Shown here piece after piece: positions 9,815 through 17,644 of a stretch of 64,000 nt of DNA. Source of the DNA: Alphaproteobacteria bacterium (GTDB taxonomy: Bacteria > Pseudomonadota > Alphaproteobacteria > SP197); the NCBI GenBank assembly GCA_965228895.1, contig OZ245842.1:1-64000 (forward strand), written 5' to 3'. A program made the position numbers and the translations under genes. Each line of letters starts with the position of its first letter. The stretch's first letter is position 1. The notes beneath the pieces are model-generated. The model had not been told where the DNA came from. It saw nothing but the letters and a program-made list of their open reading frames with translations, and did no database searches.

Positions 9815-11056
9815 TCAACGATTAGCCATTTCAAGAAGCGCATCGGCCAGCACGCGGGCGCCGGCGGCGAGGTCGGCGGCGTCCGCCATCTCGGCTTCGT
9901 TGTGGCTGATGCCTTTTGCGCAGGGCACGAAGATCATGCCGGTCGGGCACAGCGGCACCATCAGCTTGGCGTCATGGTCGGCGCCGGACGACATGCGCAT
10001 GGCCGGGATGTCGAGCTCGCCGGCGATGCGTTCGATGCGGGCGATAACCGTCTCGTCGAAGTCGGCGGGCGCGCCGACATGACGTTCGTTGACCTCGACA
10101 CCGCACGGGCCTGCGTTGGCTTCACAAATCTCGCCGATGCGCGCGACCGTCGCGGCGAAATAGGCGGCATCGGGATGGCGGAAATCGATGGTGAAACGGA
10201 CCTCGCCGGGAATCGTGTTGGGTGAGCCCGGATAGGCCTGGAAGCGGCCGATGGTGAAGCGCACGGTATCGTCGGGGTCCGCCGTTTCCTTGTAGAGCGC
10301 GTCGACCATGGCCATCGCCGAGCGGAAGGCGTCGCGCCGCTGGCTGAGCGGCACGGTGCCGGCATGGCCGTCCTCGCCGGTCACGATAACCTCGAACGAG
10401 CTGCCGCCCTGGATCCCGGTGACGGCGCCGACGGTCAGGCCTTCGGCCTCCAGGCGCGGGCCCTGCTCGATATGGGTCTCGATATAGCCGGCGACGGGAA
10501 TGCCGGGTGCACGGTGTACGGCATCGGGTGTCATGGCGATGGTGCGGGCGAGGTCGTCGCGCATCACCGAGCCGTCAGGCGCGGTGTTGTCGAGGAACTC
10601 GTCGATGCCGTGTTTGCCGGAAAACACCATGCTGCCCGTGCAGCCGGGCGCATAACGGCAGCCTTCCTCGTTGGTCCAGACGACCGCTTCGATCGGACGT
10701 TTATGGTCGATGCCCGCGTCGTCGAGCGCCTCCAGCACCTCGAAGGCGGAGAGCACGCCATAGATGCCGTCGAAATTGCCGCCGGCCGGCTGGGTGTCCA
10801 GGTGGCTGCCCGACAGGATCGCCGGCGCACCAGCCTCGGTGCCGTTGCGACGGACAAAAAGATTGGCGGCGTCGTCGACATAGAGGTCGAAACCGCGCGC
10901 CGCCGCCCATCCGGCAAGCTCGGCGCGGGCCTGGCCATCCTCTTCGGTCAACGCCTGGCGGTTGACGCCGCCGCGCCCGGTCGCGCCGTATTTGGCGATC
11001 GCCATATGGCGGTCCCACAGGCGTTGCTGGTCGATGGCGCTACTGGCCCGGCTCAT
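9815..11056 (-). CDS. M20 family Zn-dependent amidohydrolase (N-carbamoyl-amino acid/allantoate amidohydrolase-like)
   Basis: GSHLDT..GGNFDG, WTNEEG, ETHIEQG, GHAGT, SGADHD, GISHN; GGGAGG RBS before MSRASS. Confidence 0.92.
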   Translation of the reverse strand: MSRASSAIDQQRLWDRHMAIAKYGATGRGGVNRQALTEEDGQARAELAGWAAARGFDLYVDDAANLFVRRNGTEAGAPAILSGSHLDTQPAGGNFDGIYGVLSAFEVLEALDDAGIDHKRPIEAVVWTNEEGCRYAPGCTGSMVFSGKHGIDEFLDNTAPDGSVMRDDLARTIAMTPDAVHRAPGIPVAGYIETHIEQGPRLEAEGLTVGAVTGIQGGSSFEVIVTGEDGHAGTVPLSQRRDAFRSAMAMVDALYKETADPDDTVRFTIGRFQAYPGSPNTIPGEVRFTIDFRHPDAAYFAATVARIGEICEANAGPCGVEVNERHVGAPADFDETVIARIERIAGELDIPAMRMSSGADHDAKLMVPLCPTGMIFVPCAKGISHNEAEMADAADLAAGARVLADALLEMANR

Positions 11057-11127
11057 ACGTGTCCTCCCGATTGACGGCACCTCACGCGATGCCATGTAAT
11101 GGAGAGCGAATATTCATGGAGGCTCTC

Positions 11128-11883
11128 ATGGCGATCAAGGCTGTTGCCGGAACGTCAACCCGTTGGTCGGAAGCCGAGTGGCAGGCGCGCCTGGATCTTG
11201 CCGCCTGTTATCGTCTAGCCGACCGCTTCGGTTTCTCCGACATCATCTGGAATCACATCACCGCGAAAATCCCCGGCAGCGAGGGTCACTTCCTGCTCAA
11301 CCGCATGGGCCTTCGCTATGACGAGATCACGGCGTCCAACCTGATCAAGGTCGATGGCGAGGGCAATGTCCTGGAAGGCCCGGACGATGTCAACGTGACC
11401 GGCTTCATCATCCATAGCGCGATCCACCACGCGCGCCCCGATCTCAACGTCATCTTCCATACCCACGCGGAAGAAGCGCTTGCCGTGACCGCGCTGCACG
11501 AAGGCCTGATGCCGCTGACCCAGGACGCGGCGATGTTATGGAAGAACGTCGCCTATCACGAATGGGAAGGCCTGTCGGTCGACATGGACGAGCGGCAGCG
11601 TCTGGCCAAGAGCCTGGGCGACAAGAAGGTCATGATCATGCGCAACCACGGCCTCATCACCTGCGGTGCGACAGCGGGCGAAGCGTTCATTCTGATGCAT
11701 TACCTGAACCGCGCCTGCAAGGTGCAGCTCCAGGCGCTCGCGACGGGCCGCAAGCTACACATGCCCGACCCCAAGGTCTGGCAGCAGGCGGCGCAGCAAT
11801 ACAGCCACTTCGAGCCCGGCGTCCATGAATGGCCAGCCCTGGTGCGTCTCTTAGACAAGGAAGACCCGTCGTACCGCGATTGA
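11128..11883 (+). CDS. Class II aldolase/adducin family protein
   Basis: RLDLAACYR, NHIT, IHSAIH, HTH, MRNHG Zn-ligand motifs; GGAGG RBS. Confidence 0.92.
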   Translation: MAIKAVAGTSTRWSEAEWQARLDLAACYRLADRFGFSDIIWNHITAKIPGSEGHFLLNRMGLRYDEITASNLIKVDGEGNVLEGPDDVNVTGFIIHSAIHHARPDLNVIFHTHAEEALAVTALHEGLMPLTQDAAMLWKNVAYHEWEGLSVDMDERQRLAKSLGDKKVMIMRNHGLITCGATAGEAFILMHYLNRACKVQLQALATGRKLHMPDPKVWQQAAQQYSHFEPGVHEWPALVRLLDKEDPSYRD

Positions 11884-11886
11884 GGA

Positions 11887-12885
11887 TCAATCCCTGAACG
11901 GCGTCAGGCGCTTGTAGTGGAGCGCCAGATAGAGCGACACTTCGATCTCGCCGACACCGGCGAGTTGGCGGATATCGTCGTCGAGCACGCGGCGCAGCTC
12001 GTCGGGTGAGACACAGGCGACTTCTGCGAAGATGTCGACCCGGCCGGTGCAAATCGTGACATAGGTGATGTGCGGCAGATCGGAAAGCGCGCCCGCGACG
12101 TCGATGACCTTGTGGCCGGACGCTACGCGAACGGCCACCCATGCCATGGTCGTATAGGCAAAGCTGATCGGGTTGACGATCGCGATGACGTTCATGACGC
12201 CGGCGGCCGTCATCTCGTTGACCCGGTTGCGTACCTGGGTCTCCGAAACGCCGAGCGTGTCGGCAATGGATTGCAACGGCGCGCGGCCGTCGTCGCTCAA
12301 GGCGCGGACGATCTGGCGGTCGGTCTCGTTCAGTTGGCGCGGGCGAACACCCGCTTCCTGTGGACTTTTGCGGCGCGCTGCGTCGAAGCGTGCGAGCTGA
12401 TAGTGCAGGGAAAGATAGGGAAAACACTCGATGGTGCGGATGCCGTCGATCGGCCCTATCTGTTGTTCGATGATGTCCTGGAGTGCCGCCATGTCGCGGC
12501 ATATGACCTCGGCGAACAGAGTATAGCGGCCGGCGGCGACGACGACGTAGTCGACCGCCTCGATGGCGACCAGGGAGAGCGCGATGTCGGAGGCCGGCAC
12601 GGCCGGGTCGGTCGTGATGCCGATCAAAGCCGCGGCGTTGTAACCCAGAGCAATCGGATTGGTGACGGCTGTTATCTGGATGACACCCCGGTCTAGAAGA
12701 TCGCGGACCCGATGTCTGACGGTCCGTTCCGCGATGCCGACTTCGCGCGCAATGTTGGCGTAGGAGCGCCGGCCGTCCTCCTGCAACAGCAGGACGATCG
12801 CGCGGTCGGTCTCGCTGAGGTCGGAAACGTGGGCCAGAAACTGACCGGCGCCGTCGCTGGGCAGGTTGAGTGCGGCGTCAGCCAT
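11887..12885 (-). CDS. Lrp/AsnC family regulator with two tandem HTH+RAM units
   Basis: Two repeats: LSETDRAIVLLLQEDGRRSY... and LNETDRQIVRALSDDGRAPL..., each followed by a RAM-like domain. Confidence 0.88.
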   Translation of the reverse strand: MADAALNLPSDGAGQFLAHVSDLSETDRAIVLLLQEDGRRSYANIAREVGIAERTVRHRVRDLLDRGVIQITAVTNPIALGYNAAALIGITTDPAVPASDIALSLVAIEAVDYVVVAAGRYTLFAEVICRDMAALQDIIEQQIGPIDGIRTIECFPYLSLHYQLARFDAARRKSPQEAGVRPRQLNETDRQIVRALSDDGRAPLQSIADTLGVSETQVRNRVNEMTAAGVMNVIAIVNPISFAYTTMAWVAVRVASGHKVIDVAGALSDLPHITYVTICTGRVDIFAEVACVSPDELRRVLDDDIRQLAGVGEIEVSLYLALHYKRLTPFRD

Positions 12886-13741
12886 CGCGAATCAGCGCGA
12901 TTGAGCGGCGGAAGAACTCGCTGTCGGCCTCCGCCAGGCGGTTCAGTTCGTCGAAATGATCGGCGTCAGGCACGCTGTAGCGGTCCATGCGGCGCGCGTC
13001 GGTGCGATACTTTTCGCAGTAGTCATCGGACTGGCGATGAAACTCCGGCGTCTCGGCGCCGCCGACCACGACAAGCTGCGGCGCATCGGTGGCCGGCGCC
13101 ATGAACATCGGACTTTCCCTGATCGCTTCCTCGACGTCCATCTGCGGTCCCTCGTTGATCGAGGTGTGGACCAGAGGCTCCAGCTCGAACAGGGCCGAAA
13201 TCGGCACACCCGCTTTCACCAAATTGGCGGGTAAGGCGCTATCGAGCGCCGGCCAGTCGGTCGCCATCATCATCGCTGTCAGATGGCCGCCGGCGGAGTG
13301 GCCCATGACGTATAGCTGGTTGCCATCGAACCCATGGGTGTCGGCTGAACCATACAGCGAGACGACCGCGCGTCTGATCTGCGGGGCAATCTCACCGAGC
13401 CGGACCGACGGGCAGAGGTTGTAGTTGAGCACGGCGACGGCGACGCCGTTCTCGAGAAACGGTTCGGCGATGAAGCTGTACATCGACTTGTCGCCGCGCT
13501 GCCAATAGCCGCCGTGGATATAGATCAGGAGGGCGCCGGTCGGTTCGCGGGCCGGGAACAGATCGAACGTCTCGCGCTCGCCGGGACCGTAGGTGAGGTC
13601 GCATCGGGCGCGGGAAGCCTTGCGGAAGGCGGCGCAGCGCGCCAGCCAGCCGGCGACCACATCGTCGAAATCGGGCCGGCGGGCCCGCAGATTGTATTGG
13701 GCTTCCAGCTCGTCGCCCGTCATGCCTCTGTAGAGCGCCAT
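12878..13741 (-). CDS. Alpha/beta hydrolase, arylformamidase (kynurenine formamidase)-like
   Basis: LEAQYN, IHGGYWQ, GHSAGG, GGAETPEF..QS, DHF; 8-bp overlap with the lrp start. Confidence 0.85.
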   Translation of the reverse strand: MALYRGMTGDELEAQYNLRARRPDFDDVVAGWLARCAAFRKASRARCDLTYGPGERETFDLFPAREPTGALLIYIHGGYWQRGDKSMYSFIAEPFLENGVAVAVLNYNLCPSVRLGEIAPQIRRAVVSLYGSADTHGFDGNQLYVMGHSAGGHLTAMMMATDWPALDSALPANLVKAGVPISALFELEPLVHTSINEGPQMDVEEAIRESPMFMAPATDAPQLVVVGGAETPEFHRQSDDYCEKYRTDARRMDRYSVPDADHFDELNRLAEADSEFFRRSIALIRDG

Positions 13742-13809
13742 GGATCCCCCAAGTCGTCTGCTGTGCAACGTCACGTTGTCATTCGCGGCTACCATTACCG
13801 TAGTTTCGG

Positions 13810-13877
13810 CGAAATCAGGCATTGACTCCAGCAAAAAATGCGAAATACGATCATCATCGTTTCGCAAGAAACGAAAT
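13810..13877 (+). promoter_or_regulatory. Candidate sigma70 promoter for the LLM gene, overlapped by phased CGAAAT sites
   Basis: TTGACT (13822-27)-N18-TACGAT (13846-51); CGAAAT at 13810, 13841, 13872; imperfect inverted repeat 13839-13866. Confidence 0.5.
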
Positions 13878-13901
13878 TCGTATGGCGCGAGGGAATAGCA
13901 C

Positions 13902-14969
13902 ATGAAAGTCGGACTGCTGCAGGAAGGCGAGTTGATGCCCGGCGTCGACTGCGCCCAGCGCTATGAGGAAATGATCGAGGAGGTCGCCATCGCCGACCGC
14001 AACGGCTTTTCCTGCTGGGGCACGTCGGAGCAGCATTTCAGCCCACCGCGCTTTGCCGTTTCCGCGCCCGAGGTGCTCTATGCGGCTGTCGCGCGCCATA
14101 CCGAAAACATCAAGCTCAGGATCATGTGCGCGGTGCTCTTGAAGTGGAACCACCCGATCCTGGTCGCCGAGCGTCTGGCGACTCTCGACATCGTCTCCAA
14201 GGGCCGCGCCGAACTGGCGACGGCGCGTTCGAACAATCTGACGACGCTGGAGGCGTTCGGCGTCGACCCGAAGGAGACGCGCACGCAATGGGCCGATTCG
14301 ATCGAGGTCATCGTCAAGGCGCTCTCCGACGACATCCTGGAGCATGACGGACCGGTCTGGAAAATCCCGCCGCGCGAGATTGTCCCGCACTGCATCCAGA
14401 AACCCTATCCGCCGATTTCGGTCGCGGCGTCCAGTTACGACAGTCATGTCAACGCCGGCGAGCGCGGCATCGGCGCGTTGTGTTTCGAGAGCTATTTCGG
14501 TTTCGACTATCTGCAGGACTGCATCGACGGTTACCGCGAGGGTCTCGCCAAGGGCACCAATATGGGACCTCGGCGCACCGAACACATGGGGCTTTATGTC
14601 GCGACGGCGTTTTGCGCGGAGACCCGCGACGAGGCGGTCAGAATCGCGCGCGACGTGGCGCTGGGTTACTACGAGTTCATCGTCAGCATCTATGCGCCGC
14701 TCGGCAAAGCGGGGTCCTATGAGTATCTCAACGAGTACATGCAGAGCGCGGTGGAGAACCTCGGCAACATCGACTTCCTGCTGACCGAAACGCCGTCGGT
14801 CATGATCGGCACGCCCGATGACTTCGTTGCCCGGCTTAAGGACCTGGAAGATCGTGGCATCGACGAGGTGTTGCTCCGGGTCGATGGCGTGCCGCATGAA
14901 GACATCAAAAAGTCGTTCGAGTTAATGGGCACGGACGTCATTCCAAAGGTAAACGGGCATGCTGGATAG
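13902..14969 (+). CDS. LLM class flavin-dependent oxidoreductase (luciferase-like monooxygenase)
   Basis: EQHF, HPILVAERLATLDIVSKGR, PCIQKPYPPI-like segment, IGTPDD. Confidence 0.92.
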   Translation: MKVGLLQEGELMPGVDCAQRYEEMIEEVAIADRNGFSCWGTSEQHFSPPRFAVSAPEVLYAAVARHTENIKLRIMCAVLLKWNHPILVAERLATLDIVSKGRAELATARSNNLTTLEAFGVDPKETRTQWADSIEVIVKALSDDILEHDGPVWKIPPREIVPHCIQKPYPPISVAASSYDSHVNAGERGIGALCFESYFGFDYLQDCIDGYREGLAKGTNMGPRRTEHMGLYVATAFCAETRDEAVRIARDVALGYYEFIVSIYAPLGKAGSYEYLNEYMQSAVENLGNIDFLLTETPSVMIGTPDDFVARLKDLEDRGIDEVLLRVDGVPHEDIKKSFELMGTDVIPKVNGHAG

Positions 14970-15098
14970 GCTGTTCTGGGCCGAGCTTGTGACACGCGAT
15001 CCACCGGTGCCCGGCACGACCATTGACCGGCGGCACCAGCCCCCGTTTTATCGTCGCCGGCAGCGATGTGCTTTGCCCGACCGCATGGAGTTTTCGTC

Positions 15099-15407
15099 AT
15101 GAAACGTGTTCTCGTCTGTTATGGTCAGCCCGACGATCCCGCGGCGTTTGACCGCCACTATCGTGATGTCCATGCGCCGTTGGTCGGCAAGATACCGCAC
15201 TTGGCGTCTTTCGAGATGAGCCGCGGCCCCGTGGTTTCGAGCGAACCGAGCGTCGACTACTATCTCGTGGCAATCCTCTCCTACGCAAACCAGGCGGATA
15301 TGGACGCCGCGATGGCATCGCCGGAAGGCGAAGCGGCGGTCGCGGACTTGGCAAATTTTGCCAGCGGTGGTGTCACCATCCTGACCGTCGAGATGGAAGA
15401 GCCTTGA
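15099..15407 (+). CDS. EthD family protein
   Basis: Y..PDDPAAFDRHYRDVHAPL...SPEG.AAVADLANFA; GGAG RBS. Confidence 0.88.
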   Translation: MKRVLVCYGQPDDPAAFDRHYRDVHAPLVGKIPHLASFEMSRGPVVSSEPSVDYYLVAILSYANQADMDAAMASPEGEAAVADLANFASGGVTILTVEMEEP

Positions 15408-15455
15408 TTGGTCGCGTGAGTTTGATCATCACACAGGCAATGAAAGAAAATTCTG

Positions 15456-15890
15456 ATGCGCCAGCAGACTATGAGCGAACGTGTCTCGTGGGCCTGGGAT
15501 AGGGCATGGAACCATGGGGATGTGGACGCGCTCGATGACGTGCTCGCGCCCACCTACCAACGGACCAGTCTTTTGGACGAGCGAACGCTCGACCGGGCCG
15601 GGATGAAGTCCGTGATCGTGACGGTGCGTGAGTCATTCCCCGACATGAAAACGACGATCGAGCGGTGTGTGGAGGCAGAAGACTCCATGGCTGTCTTGTG
15701 GAGCAGCGTCGGCACCCATCTCGGCAAGTTCGGTGACGTCCCGCCTACCGGTAAGTCGGTTGTGACCTCTGGCTCGTCGTTTTTTCGTGCGCGTGATGGG
15801 TTGATCGTCGAAGAAATCGAGACGTGGGATTCTCGAGACATTCTTACGACGCTTGGCATCCACTCGCTGCGCAGCACACGCGACGCGTAG
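15456..15890 (+). CDS. SnoaL-like ester cyclase / NTF2-fold protein
   Basis: WNHGD..ALD, FPD, GTHLG.F..VPPTGK, DGLIVE..W. Confidence 0.88.
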   Translation: MRQQTMSERVSWAWDRAWNHGDVDALDDVLAPTYQRTSLLDERTLDRAGMKSVIVTVRESFPDMKTTIERCVEAEDSMAVLWSSVGTHLGKFGDVPPTGKSVVTSGSSFFRARDGLIVEEIETWDSRDILTTLGIHSLRSTRDA

Positions 15891-15898
15891 GAAGACGC

Positions 15899-16393
15899 AT
15901 GACCACGTCCCAGCTCACGACCGATCAGGTCAAGCAGTTCCACCACAAGTTCGTTACCGGTGTCACGGCCGTCACCACCGCCGACGAGGCAGAGCCCCGT
16001 GGGCTGGTGGTCAATGCGTTTTCTAGCCTTTCTCTTGACCCGCCCATGATCATCGTCTGCGTGCAGAAGACGTCGGCGAGCTACGACTTCCTGTTCGCCC
16101 ATGATTATCTGGCCGTTAACATCCTGGCAGCCGATCAGGTTGACGTTGCCACACGATTGGCGAGCAAGGTGCCCGACAAGTTTGCGACGCTACCTTGGAC
16201 GCCCGGACCCTATGGCTCTCCGCTGCTCGAGGGGGCGGCAGCGTGGCTTGAAGCGGAGATAACCGAGCGCATCCAAGCGTCGACCCATACCATGTTCATC
16301 GCGCACGTCGTTGCCGTCGGACACGCCGATCGATCGCCATTGCTCTATGCAGCCGGCCGGTTTTACGACGGTAGCGAGCTCCATCAAGTCTGA
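15899..16393 (+). CDS. Flavin reductase family protein (HpaC/NtaB-like)
   Basis: FVTGVTAVT, SLSLDPP, AVNIL, TH, PLLY..GRF. Confidence 0.92.
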   Translation: MTTSQLTTDQVKQFHHKFVTGVTAVTTADEAEPRGLVVNAFSSLSLDPPMIIVCVQKTSASYDFLFAHDYLAVNILAADQVDVATRLASKVPDKFATLPWTPGPYGSPLLEGAAAWLEAEITERIQASTHTMFIAHVVAVGHADRSPLLYAAGRFYDGSELHQV

Positions 16394-16569
16394 GGGCGGT
16401 GTGTCGGCCTGGACCGTTGACATCGATGCGCCCTGACCGCTCGACTGTTGGCCATGCCGGGACCGGTGCCGCCTGACAGGCGGGTAGGTGCGCGGATGGA
16501 AGCTCTTGAAGGTGCAGGCAAGGACGGCGCATTCTACCGTCAGCCGTTGTAGCGGCTGGAGGCAACAAG

Positions 16570-17640
16570 ATGCCGATCACGTTCACGCCGATCCCTGAAT
16601 GCGCTGAGACCCAACCCTTCGCGTTGTGCAACGGTGCCGACCTGTCGCAAGACCTCAGCGCGCAGGACATCGAGACCATCAGGGAGGGTCTGTTGACGCA
16701 CGGCGTGTTGGTGTTTCGCGATCAAAGCGCCATGACGCCGCGCGACGAAGTTGCTTTTAACAAGGCATTCGGCTGGCACGATCCGAAAGGGGCCAATCTC
16801 TTCGGCTTCGGCGCGCCGACGACCGAACACCGTGTCAGCGGCGGTGCCCAGATTCCCGCGTGGCCCGAGGTGTCTGTGTTGGGCAACGTCAAACTCGACG
16901 ACTACCACGGTATCCACAACACGCAGCTGAAGCCGGTTCTGGGGTTCACCAATGCCGCCTGGCATGCGGACGGCCTGCACGACATGTTCGACGGGCTGCC
17001 CGAAATGACCACCATGTACAATCCCGTGGGTTGGCAGACCCGGGGCGGCGGCGCGACCTACTTCACGTCTGGCGTACGCGCGGTCGAGCGCATGGACCCC
17101 GATCTCGTCTGTGAACTCGAGCGCTGTACCGTGGCCTATGCCCGCTGCCCCAATGACGACAAGCCGGACGAGGCACGTCGCGTTGTACCCGGCACGTCAT
17201 ACATGGCGGAAGACGGGACGCGCCGTGCCGGTTTCGCCGCCGATCCGGACAACGGGTTGCGCGAGTTTCAGCTTCGGCCCGAACACGCCGACGATGGCGG
17301 CCGGCATCGCTGTATTCGGGTTCATCCCATCACCGGAGAGCGGTCGCTATACATCACGCCCGGGCGGTCGGTCTGTTTGCTGGATATCGAGACGGGCGCC
17401 ATGCGCCACGATGTCGGCGAAACGGTCGACCTGCTCGCGCAAGCGCTCAGACCCAGTGCCGGCCCTGACATCCGTTATGAGCACGTTTGGCAGGAAGGCG
17501 ACTTCGTCGCTTGGCTGAATACCCTGGTGTTGCACAGCGCGTCCGATCCATCGGAGATCGACGGTCCACGGCTTATGCACCGCGTGCGGTTGTCGACGCC
17601 GAAGACACGCTGGATCGACGGCCAGTACCTGAATCTCTAG
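16570..17640 (+). CDS. TauD/TfdA family Fe(II)/2OG dioxygenase
   Basis: HGVLVFRDQ, WHADG (HxD), GGGAT, HPITG..SLY, WQEGDFVAW.N..VLH, R.MHR. Confidence 0.85.
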   Translation: MPITFTPIPECAETQPFALCNGADLSQDLSAQDIETIREGLLTHGVLVFRDQSAMTPRDEVAFNKAFGWHDPKGANLFGFGAPTTEHRVSGGAQIPAWPEVSVLGNVKLDDYHGIHNTQLKPVLGFTNAAWHADGLHDMFDGLPEMTTMYNPVGWQTRGGGATYFTSGVRAVERMDPDLVCELERCTVAYARCPNDDKPDEARRVVPGTSYMAEDGTRRAGFAADPDNGLREFQLRPEHADDGGRHRCIRVHPITGERSLYITPGRSVCLLDIETGAMRHDVGETVDLLAQALRPSAGPDIRYEHVWQEGDFVAWLNTLVLHSASDPSEIDGPRLMHRVRLSTPKTRWIDGQYLNL

Positions 17641-17644
17641 GTGA

